Origin: Ginglymostoma cirratum
Lineage: Eukaryota
Assembly: GCA_024137785.1 (NCBI GenBank)
Contig: JAHRHZ010000009.1
Span: forward strand, 28,735,356 to 28,799,355
Direction of reading: 5' to 3'
DNA length: 64,000 bases
This document shows positions 62,712-64,000 of this stretch, piece after piece (the stretch's first letter is position 1; every line of letters begins with the position of its first letter). The position numbers were made by a program, and so were the translations under genes. The notes beneath the pieces are model-generated. The model ran no database searches, was not told where the DNA came from, and saw only the letters and a list, made by a program, of their open reading frames with translations.

Positions 62712-64000
62712 TCCCAGCCTATTCAGCCTGTTTTACTCAAACCCTCCATTCCTGGCAACATCTTGGTAAATCTTTTCTGAAACTTCTCCAGCTTAAGATT
62801 ATCTTTCCTATAAAGGGAGACCAGAACTGGACGTAGTATTCCAAAAGAAATGTCACAGATGTCTTGTACAAATTTAACATGATATCCCAACTTCTATACT
62901 CAAAGGTCTGAGCAGTCAAAGCAAGCATTCAAAATGTCTTCTTAATCACCCTGTTTACATGTTATGCAAACTTTAAAGAACTATATACCTGAATCCCTAG
63001 GTCTCTCTATTCTACAACACTAACAAAGCCCTACTTTTAACTGTGTAAGTCCTGGCCTTTTTTTGTTTTATCAAAATGCAATACCTCACATTTATCCACA
63101 TTAAACTCCATTTACCTGTCCCAGGCCCATTGACCCAATTGATCAAGATCTCTTTGTAATCTTAGATAACATTCTTCACTGTCCACTATACCTCCAATTT
63201 TGTTGCCATTGCAAACTTAATAACCACACATTGTATATTCTCATCTAAGTCATTGATTTAAATGGCAAACAAATGTGGATACAGCATAGATCCCTGTGGA
63301 ATGCCGCTATAACAGGCCTCCAGTCCAAAAAAAAACCCTCCATCAACACTCTGTTTCTTGCTGTTAAGCCAATTTTATATCCAATTGGCGACTTACCCTG
63401 AATCCCATGTGATCTAACTTTACTAATTAGTCTACTTTGTGAAACTTTGTCAAAGGCTTTACTAAAGACCAGGTAAACAATGTCTACCGCTCTGTCCTGA
63501 TCAACGATCTTGGTTGCTTCCTCAAAAAACTCAATCAAATTTGTGAGGCACCATTTCCCTCACACAAAACCATGCTGAATATCCCTAAACATTCCTTGTC
63601 TCTCCAAATGGATATAAATCCTACTTTGAGTGTCAACTGCAACAACTTACTCACCACTGAGTCAGTCTCACGGGTCTGCAGCTCCCAGGCTTCTTAAATA
63701 AATGCAAAATATTAGCCACTATCCAGTCATCTGGTACCTCACTCTAGTTATAGATGTTACAAATATTTCTGCAAGGGCTCCCATAACTTCCTCCCTAACT
63801 TCCCACAATGTCCTGTGTTATTCCTCTATGACATTGGTACTTATTCCATATTTGTGTCTTTGTCTCTTTTCAGGATTTTCTTAATCAGCAAGCTGTTGCC
63901 ATTTCCCGTACAAAATGATCTTTTTAATTGACAATAGCCTTAAACACTTTGGAGATTGTATCTCAGTTAACATTTCAAACTATGCAGCAATAGCTATTTT

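Larger units (their letters stand above)
61930..63815 (-). mobile_element. CR1 LINE RT region with nested HE1 and P1 insertions
   Basis: Minus ORFs read LIEFFEEATKIVDQDRAVDIVYLVFSKAFDKV and LEYYVQFWSP. Confidence 0.9.

Noticed and set aside
62516-62713. Pre-miRNA or DNA-transposon MITE reading of the long hairpin
   Set aside because: Multi-copy, asymmetric, variable 10-17 bp TSDs and similar to PLE termini; better explained as a PLE-end inversion.
63850-63900. Strong acceptor-like tract tgtctctttttcag near the window end
   Set aside because: No recognisable coding sequence follows and there is no supported partner donor; cannot be called.
1-64000. CRISPR arrays, rRNA, operons or other prokaryotic systems
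   Set aside because: No regularly spaced repeats or dense ORFs; the sequence is intron-rich vertebrate DNA.

Overview
Vertebrate genomic DNA, most likely an elasmobranch (shark), inferred from HE1-type V-SINEs, CR1/HER1-type LINEs and Penelope-like elements (PLEs). It is AT-rich and CpG-poor, with three N gaps. The only protein-coding gene I can support is the 3' half of NDFIP2 (Nedd4 family-interacting protein 2) on the + strand. Its coding exons are 10269-10393, 20310-20376 and 33163-33268 (stop TAG 33264-33266), followed by a probable non-coding terminal exon from 38283 to about 39335-39420; the 5' exons lie upstream of the window. Much of the rest is decayed retroelements: CR1 LINEs, a second LINE with a partner SINE, HE1-like and DeuSINE-like SINEs, a solo LTR, and several PLE families. 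Most ORF-track entries are spurious or repeat fragments. The most interesting signal is a set of minimal hammerhead-ribozyme motifs in PLE termini. Five copies of a short (about 95-230 bp) PLE-end element are present, four with 10-17 bp TSDs; two form long head-to-head palindromes and a third starts one, and two of the three assembly gaps fall at the apex of such palindromes. Also notable: a candidate poison 3' splice site before the last coding exon, and repeat-poor candidate enhancer blocks. I found no evidence for a wholly new protein-coding system. Repeat boundaries are approximate unless a TSD is given.
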